Shown: positions 31,501 through 45,009 of the stretch, piece after piece
How the letters are laid out: every line of letters begins with the position of its first letter
Position numbering within the stretch: position 1 is the first letter of the stretch
Assembly (NCBI RefSeq): GCF_009914755.1
Contig: NC_060940.1
Reading direction: 5' to 3' (one strand)
DNA: 64,000 nucleotides
Source: the human T2T-CHM13v2.0 reference genome, Homo sapiens
Position numbers and translations under genes: made by a program
The notes under the pieces: model-generated
Told to the model about the DNA's origin: nothing
Database searches by the model: none
The model's input: only the letters and a program-made list of their open reading frames with translations

Positions 31501-31852
31501 CTGCAGCTCTCTCGTGAAAGAGTAATGGAGGTGACTGCAACCTGCGCCGGGAGCCATCTGGGCTATGAAAACGAGACTGGCCTCCAGCGCCCCCGGCCTC
31601 CACACAACACTCTTACACTGCCCAGGAGAGCAGCGGTCACTAGCAAGTTCCTTCCATGCACAAAGGCAGGCAGGCTGAGGCCGTGATCACAGCTAGAGCT
31701 CGGCTCCTTTTCCTTCCGGGCTGGGGAACCACCATCCCCCGCTCCTTCTGGAGGAAGGCTGACTCTTCTCTGATGGAAACCATCAAGCACACGGCGCCGC
31801 CACCTCACTCCAACACCCGAGTGCCACGTCCAGCGCGGGGTCTCGCCTCGTC

Positions 31853-32274
31853 ACCTGAACGACACGTGGAAGGAGGCGCCTGTGGAGAGCCCTGGGGAGG
31901 GTCCTGAACGTCACGGGGAAGGAGGCGCCTGGGGAGGGTCCTGAACCACACGGGGAAGGAGGCGCCTGGGGAGGGCCCTGGGGAGGGTCTTGAATGTCAC
32001 AGGGAAGGAGGCGCCTGGGGAGGGTCCTGAACATGACAGGGAAGGAGGCGCCTGGGGAGGGTCCTGAACGTCACGGGGAAGGAGGCGCCTGGGGAGGGTC
32101 CTGAACATGACAGGGAAGGAGGCGCCTGGGGAGGGTCCTGAACGTCACGGGGAAGGAGGCGCCTGGGGAGGGCCCTGGGGAGGGGTCCTGAACGTCACGG
32201 GGAAGGAGGCGCCTGGGGAGGGTCCTGAACGTCACGGAGAAGGAGGCGCCTGGGGAGGGTCCTGGGGAGGGTCT
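31853..32274. repeat. 37-bp minisatellite, ~10 copies, some with a 12-bp extra block (ggggaaggaggcgcctggggagggtcctgaacgtcac)
   Basis: Direct inspection. Confidence 0.92.
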
Positions 32275-33584
32275 CTCTCACCAACGGGCATCTTGGTATT
32301 TGGTCCCCCAGTGACTTTGTCACCTAGCCAATGACATCCTGCTTGTACCAACTCAATTAAAAAAAAAATCAGATGTCAAACTGCAATCAACACTGCTCTC
32401 ATCTAAACACAAACACAAACCAACTGCCTGGCAAGAATTTCTAAGCTCAATGGGTGGTTCCCTTGATGTTCATTCCACCCAACACCCTCCCGACCCCAAA
32501 CACGAAAAAAGCCACCGCTCATGGCCAGTCCCTCCAATTCATCCTCACACAGAGCATGGCGCGCATGGGCGGCAGGGGGAGCATGGAGAACAAGACGATT
32601 CATCCTTTAAAATCCCACAAAGCCCTGCGAGGAGGAGCTGTGGCCCTGCTGCCAAGCGGGCCGGCCAGAGTGCCTCCCCTGGTACGCCCGCCCACCCTGC
32701 AGTCAGGGGTCTGGGGGCCGTGTGGGAGGGCCGCAGCCGAGGGAAAGGCTTCCTAACAGCCAGCAGCTCACCACAGCGAGGAACTGGGCAAGAACGTGGC
32801 ACCGAGTACGGCGTGTCCCAGCCGCGCCGCGCCAGCAGCTCCCGGGAGACAGAGGCCCTGGGCTTTCGTGCCGGCCGCTCACGCCCTACGGCGGCTATCT
32901 GGCCACCAAGTAGTTCGGTAAACTGGGCCCCGGCAGACAGAGCAGACCACAGGCCCGTGGGGCAGGCAGAGCTCCGCCCAGGAATCCACCACCCTGTGTT
33001 GTGTTCCGCGTCTCCCACGGTTCCACACTGAAGGGGCCCTGTTTTCATCACGGCCGTGACAGCCACTCCATGCTGGGAGCTTGTCTATCTGATCCCCATT
33101 GGTTCTGATCAGCATCTTTCATTCAAACCAAATCTTTAGCAACAAAAGCAAAATGCTTTCTGTGTAAGAAAGTGTACAAGAAGTTTCTTCCTCAGGGCTG
33201 CTGTCATCTTTCTTTCAACTGGGTTGATTCAAAAGTCTCTTTTTCCTTGGAATCCCACCTAATCAGTTACAAGCTCCTCTGAAAGAAAAACTGTCTCTCA
33301 TAACAGACAACTACATTGAAAGCCAACAAGATATTTCCTCTTCTTCCTCCAAGAGCAGGAGGGAAGAAAGAACCGGCCACACAATGGCGTCCATCTTCTG
33401 GACAAGGGCTGGAGCCGCAGAGCCGGGCAGGGCCTGGGCGGGGGCGGGGGCGGGGGCGCTGCTGCCTGCGCTCTGGCTTCTCAACCCTGTCCGAGCCTCT
33501 TCCAACCAGCTTAGCTGAGAGTGTGAGGAAAGGACCTTGATTGCCCAGCACTCAGACAAAGTGCCCAGACCGGCCGCCAAAGCC

Positions 33585-34146
33585 GGCGCAACGCAACACA
33601 AGCTGCAGCCCTGTGCGGGGTCGGTGCAACACAAACACAAGCTGCAGCTCTCAGGGGGTTGGCACAAGGCAACACAACCTGCAGCCTGAGGGGAGGAGGG
33701 GTCGGCGGAACGCAAACACAAGCTGTAGCCCTTGCGGGGGGCGGGCGGGCTGCCGGCGCAAAAGCAAACACAAGCTGCAGCCCTCGCGGGGGGGTCAGCG
33801 TAATGCAAACACAAGCTGCAGCCCTCGGGGGGGGGTCAGCGTAATGCAAACACAAGCTGCAGCCCTCGGGGGGGGGGTCAGCGCAATGCAAACACAAGCT
33901 GCAGCCCTTGAGGGGGTCGGTGGCGGGGAGGGGGGTGAGCTGGCACAACCCAAACACAAGCTGCAGCCCTCGGAGAGGGGGAAGTTGGCGCAATGCAAAC
34001 ACAAGCTGCAGCCCTTGGGGGGGTCGGCGTGGGGGGGTTGGTCGGCACAACACAACACAAGCTGCAGCCTCCAGGGGGGTCGGCGGAGGGGGCCGGCACA
34101 ACGCAAACACAAGCTGCAGCCCTCGAGGGGGGCGGCACCTGCAGCC
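33585..34146. repeat. Degenerate minisatellite: 12 conserved aacacaagctgcagccct cores separated by variable G tracts
   Basis: Direct inspection. Confidence 0.9.
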
Positions 34147-34486
34147 TCACTCCTGTCAGCACTGCCACCCACATCCAGACGCACCAGACAGGTGTCCCCA
34201 CCAGGGAAGAGGCAGTGCCCAGAGCCTTCCCCTTTCTGATCAGCATTCCCATCAAGTGTCAAGTGACAATGGAAGCCTGAAGTGAGGTCACACCGATGGC
34301 AGTGGGCGGGGCCCTTGGGGCCAGTTCAAGTGCCACCCACCGAGGCCTCCTGAACACCCGGCTGCACCAGGGAGCTCAGCACGTGCCCTGCTGTGCAAGA
34401 GCTGGCCGAGTGCCCCTGAGATGATCCTGAGAGGCGACACTTCTCAAGCCATCGCCCCAAGGTGACCTGGGTTTTCCTGGGCCCAC

Positions 34487-34829
34487 CTGGAGCCGTAAGG
34501 ATGAAGAGGCCAAGGGAGCGGGGAGGTGCTCACAGGGGCTCGCCACCAAGTCAGCTTCTAGCCCTCTCCCAGCGGTGCTTCCACCCGCCCAGCACCGGCT
34601 CCGCCAGGAGGGAAGTCTCCCCACCACCCTTGTTTTCAACTCCCAGATAAGAAATGGGACCATAGTGAATATGTCATCAGCCCCGTTATAGAAAACTAAG
34701 GATCCTATATTCCCACTGTTCAAAATATTTAAGATACACAAAAACTGCACCAGGTGTGGTTTCAATGCTCAACTTTTGACCCCAATTATGCAAATCCGAA
34801 TTGGCCTTCAGTCTTGGACTGGAGCAGGC
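34487..34829 (-). pseudogene. Candidate fossil exon with a helical-domain (Sld3/Treslin-domain-like) pattern
   Basis: gctaac branch-point, AG at 34830 or 34819, CAG|gtgggc donor; AT-rich coding-like island within ORF 34376..34765. Confidence 0.5.
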
Positions 34830-35474
34830 CTAGGTTGGGAGTTAGCGCACCACAGCCTTCGGGGGCAAGGAGGCCGCAGCGCTGAAGCCAGGAGGAGCTG
34901 GATGGGGACACCTGGTGGCAGCCATGTGGGGACGTTGGGAGCCCTCGCCCTCCAGCCTCCCTTCCTGTCGCTTTGCAAATGCTAATCCTAAACCCTAAAC
35001 CCGACTGGGACAGGGACAGGGATGGTCCCACCACAGCCTCCCAGAGACCACGCGGCGGCAGGTGGCTCCCAGGAGTGAGGCCGCTGCACACGAGGAGCCC
35101 CCACCACGAGACCCCCGTGTGCAGCCAGCCAGCGGTGCTTCACGTGAATGAGAACCGGGAAGGTGTGCACTGGCCCTGGTCTGCTTTTCAGTTTCAGGCA
35201 TCAGAGGCTGATCCCAAGTGTGAATATGGATGGGCAGTCAGGGCCCTCTTCTGGTTTTGCAGAAGGAAAGGCTCACAAAGCACAGCATATTCCGGGGTTT
35301 CGGGCACAGAAACCTGCTTCTCGAGGGTCCTTCGTGTCCAAGGTTCCACCCTCCAGTGTGGGGTGGTCTCGCCCTAGGCCCAGCCCTGGCCCGGGGCAGA
35401 GGCCCCGGGAAGACTGCGGTGTGCCTAGGGCCACACAGAAGACACCCTCCGCGGTGGTCTTGTTTCAAGTCCAA

Positions 35475-35480
35475 TTTATT
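35475..35480 (-). terminator. KLHDC4: KLHDC4 polyadenylation signal AATAAA
   Basis: tttatt on the + strand ~240 nt into the terminal exon; GU-rich sequence follows on -. Confidence 0.85.
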
Positions 35481-35559
35481 TCACACAACACACAGGCTGC
35501 TGAGGGAATCCACCTGCACTGCACTCAGTTGAACTTCCGGCCCAGTGCCGCGTCAGAGA

Positions 35560-35721
35560 CTAAACCATGGGAGAAAGTTCACACCCTGGCCTGGGCCACC
35601 CACCTTCAGCTCTCTCCTGTGCGTCAGGACGCACGCTGGCCCCAAGAGCTTCACTCAACACGGCTGGGTCCTGGGCGGACGTGGGCACAGCACTTGCCAG
35701 GCGCCCCTGGCAGGGGCTCTT
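35560..35721 (-). pseudogene. Decayed coding remnant (DUF4110-like KLHDC4 C-terminus) within the 3'UTR exon
   Basis: Successive frames read EEPLPGAPGK / RTQPC*VKL / ASVRPDAQER / VAQARV*TF, colinear with the recalled non-primate KLHDC4 tail. Confidence 0.7.
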
Positions 35722-35996
35722 CTGATACGCAAGGAGGAAGGAATGAGAGAGAAACACATTCAGCCGAGGGGGAGGCCCGTGCAGGAGGGGTAGAGAGAAC
35801 ACCGGGTTTTCAGGGAAGACCTCATCAAAGAGCCCACAGGCACACGGCACTCATTAGCAAGCTGCCCAAATTACTCCACACACCAACGTTTTTAAAAAAT
35901 TTACAAAGCTGAATTCCAATAAGCATCCGATAAACATGAAAAGCCTTTCACGAACACCCAGCAGCCGCGCCACCCGCCAGCCCGAGCCCGCTCACC

Positions 35997-36389
<393 letters not shown>

Positions 36390-36584
36390 TCACGGTGTTC
36401 TCACAAAACAGCAAACATCCTGTGCCAACAGTTCACCACCTTTCCCTAGATTTGTGGATTTTGCTTTAGTCTCAGATCTTTAAAAACTGCATGGTGACTC
36501 GATCCCAGCAGCAGTTGGGGTAAAGGGGACGTGTGACTACGGCAGCAGAGGGGCCCTGGGTCAGGCAGCAAGGCTGGAGGCTCA

Positions 36585-37313
<729 letters not shown>

Positions 37314-37811
37314 CTATTAATAGACCGAGGAAGCAGAGAGCAGCAGCTTCAGCGAGGCAGGGGTCATTCCTGCTATGCCCACAAGGCCAGGCAAGGGTTT
37401 GCGGGGACCACCCACAAGCGTGGGGAGTGTGTGACCCAGGAAGGCGCCATCCCTGACTGCCCTGGGTGCAGGCACTGGGCTGCAGGAGCACGCTCCTGTC
37501 TCCCACTAGCCTCGCCGTTCACTCCTGGGCTGGGGCAGAAAACCCCCCACTGCGTGTCCTCACTGAGGGGCCGCTCCACACCTCCACTGAGAGGTGGACA
37601 GGCCCACCAGACCCCACACACAGGGCACCAGCCCCACAGGCTCCGACGCTCACCCTGGGAAAACCCAATCACCCACAGTGCTGGCTCCCAGAAGGGCTGG
37701 GGAAGCCAGGCTGAGGGGCTTCCTCCCCTTTCCCAAGCAAGACAGACGGTCAGGCCCACAAGCCCAGCTCATTTACTACAAACGGCGAGCCAGAGAGGGG
37801 CCCTTCCTCAC

Positions 37812-38251
37812 CAAACGTTTTTAAAGGGGAGCTCTCAGGTCAGGCTGCCTCCTGCAGGACAGCTGTCCATCCCTCTCTGTCCCACTTCCCTGGCTGCGTC
37901 GCAGGGGTCAGTCTGGACCCTTCTGTCACAGCCTTTGTCATTTTGTCACAAAACGCTGCCAGCTCACGAGGTGACATTTGCCAGGTTATTTCCAAATTTT
38001 CCAAGGATCACTACCTCCAGATCAACCCAAAGTCAGCTTCACATTCTAGACTTCTAAGATCCACTTTGTGTCTGGACTCTGCAACAGTGAGTTTCAAAAG
38101 GGAAAGCTCTCTGAGGTCCTCCGTAATCCTGGGGAATGTCAACGGCCCTGAGATCACAGTGTGAGAACCGTGACACTAGCTGGGGTCAACACGCTCTCTG
38201 AAGAAAAGCCACAGGGGAAACCTGTGTAGACTCTGCTTGGAGCAATTCCTT
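37812..38251 (-). pseudogene. Candidate fossil exon in KLHDC4 intron 9 (...RITEDLRELSLLKLTVAESRHKVDLRSLECEADFG...)
   Basis: tcgctcttttactttag| acceptor and TTG|gtgagg donor. Confidence 0.45.
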
Positions 38252-38838
38252 CTAAAGTAAAAGAGCGAGGCGGACTGTGGGTCCAGAAACGAACCCGCGT
38301 GTTTTTCCAATTTCCAGCCCAGGTGCCACCACACGTCAAAAGCAGCTTCAGGAGTTTGCAACCAACAGCGACCAGCCCTCCTTGGCCCTTTCTGGGTCCG
38401 GCTGACCTGGTACACTCAGAGACCCTGAGGCCAACTGGGGGATCCCCTTCTGGGACTGTCACCCACTGCTGTGCCTGTGCTGGGCTGGCCCTGGACAGCA
38501 GCTATGCTCACGTGGACAGTAAAGATGGTGCCGGAAACCAGGGAAGCTCAAGGGTCATAACACAGGCTGGTCCACACCAGGACCTCCAGCAAACCCTTCT
38601 CACACAGAGGGCCGGGGAGGTCCCGGGCACCTCAGCCCAGGGCAACTGGCTTCTGAGGTAGCAGCCCCGCCAGCATCCAGGACAGACTAAGGGGACCGTG
38701 ACCAAGGGCTCTCCAAGCCTAGTCACCCAGGACAGTCAGAGACGGAACCCTCGCCCCTCTTGAGAGAGCTCATGGGCTTTGGGGGCCCCAATACCAAAAG
38801 GTGCTGGAGGAAGGCAGTGGTGGCAGGGACCCAAGTTA

Positions 38839-39159
<321 letters not shown>

Positions 39160-39427
39160 TCAGGACCCCAGGTGCCCCCCAGAATGGGGTAAATGAAAAC
39201 CGTGAGACTGTGGGCAAAAACTCTGCTCCCTCTGCAGAAAAACAGACACCATTCAACTCCCCTCGAGTTCCACCCTTTTCCTTAAGAGAGCTGGCATTCA
39301 ACAGCTTTCCACACACCCCCAAGCACCTCTAAACTAGGGGCAGCTACAAGCCGCAGTGGAAAGGCAGGGATTGGGCAGAAGCAGCACACACGCTAGACAC
39401 ACAGAGGGGCTTCTGTGGGGAGGCTGC

Positions 39428-39710
39428 CCTGCACAGGGACCCTCCGCCCGGCACGGGGACCCTTCGCCCAGGGGGCTGAGTGGCCTGCACCAGCCCCCCT
39501 TGGGCCTGCACGGGGACCCTCCACCCTGCACGGGGAACCTTCACCCAGGGGGCTGAATGCCTGTGCCAGCCCCCCTTGGGCCTGCACGGGGACCCTCCGC
39601 CCTGCAAGGGGACCCTTCGCCCAGGGGGCTGAATGCCTGTGCCAGCCGCCCTTGGGCCTGCACGGGGACCCTCCGCCCTGCACAGGGACCCTTCGCCCGG
39701 GGGCTGCAGT
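39428..39710. repeat. ~76-bp tandem repeat, ~3.7 copies
   Basis: Units start at ~39428, 39505, 39581 and 39657. Confidence 0.88.
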
Positions 39711-40676
39711 GTGGCCAGCGAGGAGCCTTCGCCTGGGGTCTGAGTGCCTGCACCAGCCCCACCTTGGGCTGCAGTGTGGCCAGCTCTACTTCAGGAAGGG
39801 TCTATGTTCTCTCTTGGCACGCGCCTATGTGATGTGCCAACCCTCAAACAGAGCCCAATGTGCAGATGTCTCCCCACCACTTCTAGGAGACAGAATGGAG
39901 ATTTTTTTCCTCCAATGAACATTTAAAAAAAAAAACAGAAGCAGCAAATGGACGTATTCTGTGTGGTGCTAGACGTCACCCGCCCATGCCCAGTGTGGGC
40001 GTGGCTCTGGGGCCCCCGCCTCATTCCCACCAGCACATGACTGTGTGAAGGAACAGGGAAGACCACCACAAGAACTCGCCACACAGGGCAGGACCCTCTC
40101 CGGTGACAGAAACCCACACACACAAGGTGTGTCGCTCCTCACCACGATGCTTTCCTCCTGGGGGCTGACGAGCAGAGCACACAGGCTCAGGGCCGCCCTG
40201 CGGGAAACAGTCCAGCATCCAGGTTCAAGTTCACTGGGGTGTAGGCTGGAAAGTGACTGAAAGAAGGCGTCTGTCCTATCAGCCAGGGTGCAGTAAGGCA
40301 GGGCCCTGGGAGAGGCACCTGGGCCTTTTGACAGGCAAATGGGTGTGGACTCAGATTAACCCTTCGGGTATTTCTGAGGCCTCAGCATGAGGAATTTTAG
40401 TGCAAGAAGGAGGTAAAAACACTTTGCACAATGGTCCCCTCTCCTGGGGAGGCTGGAGAACTTGCTGTGGGTCACAAAAGCAGACCTGGCCTAGGCATTG
40501 GGTCTCCTGGGTCTAGCCCAGCCCTCTGGTCCCAAGCCACAGCCTCCCATAAGAGAGCTGTCCCCTGGTTTCCTAACGGCACTGGGGACGCTAAACTCCA
40601 CGGCAAACACCCTTGATCTGTGCCTCCTGGCATCACTCTCTTGCTCTGGAGCAGAACAAATGCCATTGTCTCCTTC

Positions 40677-41192
<516 letters not shown>

Positions 41193-42051
41193 TAGCAGGC
41201 CACCCCCATCCCCCCGCCCATGCTCCACACAGGCACGGCTTCTTCCGCTTCAGAGGTCTGTGAGAACTGACGGGCAGCCACTGGCAGGAAACGCCGCCAA
41301 CAGTTCATCTCAGCACATGACCCACGCCCAGGAACATGAAACGTGCCATGTGTAGAAGGTGGTGAGAGTGGCTGACACATCCTGGGCCCTCTGGGTGCCA
41401 GAGCCATGTAAAGGGCTGTCCCCTAGGTCATCCCATGTCATCCTTTTAAAAAGTCCCAGAGAATGATGATTGTTCCCCTGTGCTTTAGTAAGAAAATTTT
41501 GATTCTTAGATCCCAGTTTAGCTAAAAGCTTTTAGAAATCTAGGCATTCTAACAGCCCCGAGTTCAGTAACTCAAGCTGACAGAGGCCACGGCCGTTCTT
41601 GGAGGCCGTCCCTGTGAGGGCCAATAGCAGTCTCGGTGATGACTTCTGAAGTTCTGTGCATGAGCAACACCGACCCCTGGCTGGGAAGCCCACACCCAGC
41701 CTGCCCAGCTGCTGCCCGCAACCACCCCAAGAGCGAGGCCCGTCACCACAGTGCCAGGCAGCCCCAGTGACTCCTGGTGGCTTGTACTCAAGGCCCAGGA
41801 TGGTTCTCCCTTCGAGAGCTCAAGACCCTTGGAGGGGCCCATCAGGAGCTGCTGAGGGGCACTGTGCTCACTGCTCCACAGAGGGCTGTCTGCAGGGTAA
41901 CAGCGCCCGTGCTTCTCAGTCAGTCCATCATCAATGCCCCCAAAGGTGATTGCCCAGCAGACACCAGGGCTATGGAGCCTGTCCCACCCGGCCCACCCCG
42001 AAATGAGCCATCTCGGCAGGCCCTCCGCTCCGGGCAGGGTGCAGGGGCTCA

Positions 42052-42369
<318 letters not shown>

Positions 42370-43449
42370 TCAGGGCTGGCACCACCTGACAGGCTTTATC
42401 CCCCAAATGGGTCCATCTGAAGAGGCCACCTTTCTAATGGCCGCGATCACACAGTACACTAGAGTTCCTGTCGGGGCACGCACAGCTTCCACAGCAGCCC
42501 TGGTCTGTGTGGAAACCACCACAGGGGCCTCTGATACCATTACAGAGTCACTCTTTGTTCCTGATCCCGGTGGATCCCCACCGCCTTCCAAATAACACGA
42601 CTCAGGCTTCACAGCAGAAATCAAGTTACTACTGTGTGCAGAGGGCAGGCACTGCCCACTGAAAGACTTCTCCAAGCTTCGAAAACAACGCGCTCCATGT
42701 CCCTTAGCCCTTAGTCTTCTGCCTCAAGTGAGCCTCAGCTGGACCAGGTGCACTGTTCCCCAGCACCCATGCCCTACAAGTCCTGGTGCCACACCCATTA
42801 CCTGGGACCTAAGGTTGTGAGGGAGATAGCCAGCAAAACGCTCACCCTGGGTGGAGGGCCCCCATCCATTTCCATCTCATCTTTGTATTTGTTTGCACTT
42901 TAATTCTCTATTTTTAATACACTATTTTAGAAGTTTTGTATTTGCAGAAAATTGAGACGATAGTACCGAGAGCTCTCACACGCCCACACCAATGTCCTCC
43001 CAGCATGAATACCTTCCTCTCCTTGGCGCCCTTGTGACGGATCAGGAACCGGCACTGACCCGTTACCGGGAGCGTGGCCCACACTTCATTCACTGCCCCA
43101 GTGCTCCGCAGCTCATCCTGCCCAGGGATCCCGTCGAGGGTCCCACTGGCCGTTTCGTCCTGTCGCCTCCTCAGGTTCCTCTGGGCCCTGAGCTTCTCCG
43201 ACTCTCCTTGTCTCTGAGGACCATGATAGCTGTGTGGATGGCTCAGGAGTTTTATAGAGTGCCCCTCTACTGGGACTGTCTGCTGTCTTTCTCATTAGAC
43301 TGGGGTTATGAATCATTAGGACGATCCCCGGGGTGAAGTGCCCATCTCATCACATCCCATCAAGGGTCCACACCATCAACAGGACTCATCACAGTGGATG
43401 CTGACATCGACCGCCTGGCTGAGGTCGTGTCTGACAGTTTCTCTTCAGC

Positions 43450-44045
43450 TCTATGTTCTCACAGATATTGACACAGACTTCGGCCACGCTACTGTGGTCG
43501 CAGGGGTAGTGACACAGACTTCAGGCATGCTCTGTGCCTCATGGATACTGACACAGACTTCAGGCACGCTCAGTGCCTCGTGGATATTGACACAGGCTTT
43601 GGGCACGCTCTGTGTCTCATGGATATTGACAGACTTTGGGCACATTCTAAGGTCTTGTGGATATTTATGCAGAATTTGGGTAGGCTCTATGTCTCGTAGA
43701 TATTGACACAGACTTCAGGTACGCTCTATGTCTCGTGGATACTGACGTAGACTTTGGGTACACACTATGGTCTTGTGGATATTTATGTAGACTTTGGGTA
43801 CGCGCTATGTCTCGTGGATATTGACGTAGACTTTGGGTACACGCTATGGTCTTGTGGATATTGACGTAGACTTTGGGTACGCGCTATGTCTCGTGGATAC
43901 TGACATAGACTTTGGGTACACGCTATGGTCTTGTAGATATTGACGTAGACTTTGGGTACACGCTATGGTCTTGTGGATATTGACGTAGACTCTGGGTACG
44001 CGCTATGTCTCGTGGATACTGACGCAGAGTTCGGCTATGCTCTAT
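43450..44045. repeat. 39/40-bp minisatellite, ~15 copies, inside L1M (ctatgtctcgtggatattgacgtagactttgggtacacg)
   Basis: Direct inspection; alternating 39/40 dimer at the 3' end. Confidence 0.9.
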
Positions 44046-44294
44046 CACTACCCATCTTTGTTGCTCGGGTTGTTCAACGACACACAGCTGCCACTAGGAG
44101 CCTTTACAGCTACTCTTGGGTCCCTGTGACTTGCACCATCTTTGTGGGTTCCTTTGAGCACCTCCTTAGGCTCTGGCACCACAAGATGCTCAATTCCTCC
44201 TATATACTCCCTGCTCGGCCCTACGATTCGCCATTTCTCAAGGGAGCCCTGGTTCCCTTTGTTGGAGAATAGTGTTAGAAACCAAGAAACCAGG

Positions 44295-44890
<596 letters not shown>

Positions 44891-45009
44891 AAGAGACCAA
44901 GATTTGGGCAATGGATGTGTAAACTGCTACCGGGTAGTATTGTTTCTAGGCCGTCCCATCTGGTAGAGCAAGGAAATATTTGTTTATGGTTATTTTTCTT
45001 ATAGCTAAC

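Larger units (their letters stand above)
35455..35721 (-). other. KLHDC4: KLHDC4 terminal non-coding exon 12 (3'UTR)
   Basis: Long pyrimidine tract then tatcag|AAG (NAGNAG) acceptor; AATAAA at 35480-35475. Confidence 0.85.

Noticed and set aside
33585-34146. CRISPR-like repeat/spacer appearance
   Set aside because: Eukaryotic DNA; the spacers are related low-complexity G tracts and there are no cas genes
34982-35003. Telomere-like cctaaaccctaaaccc
   Set aside because: Only ~2 units; chance occurrence
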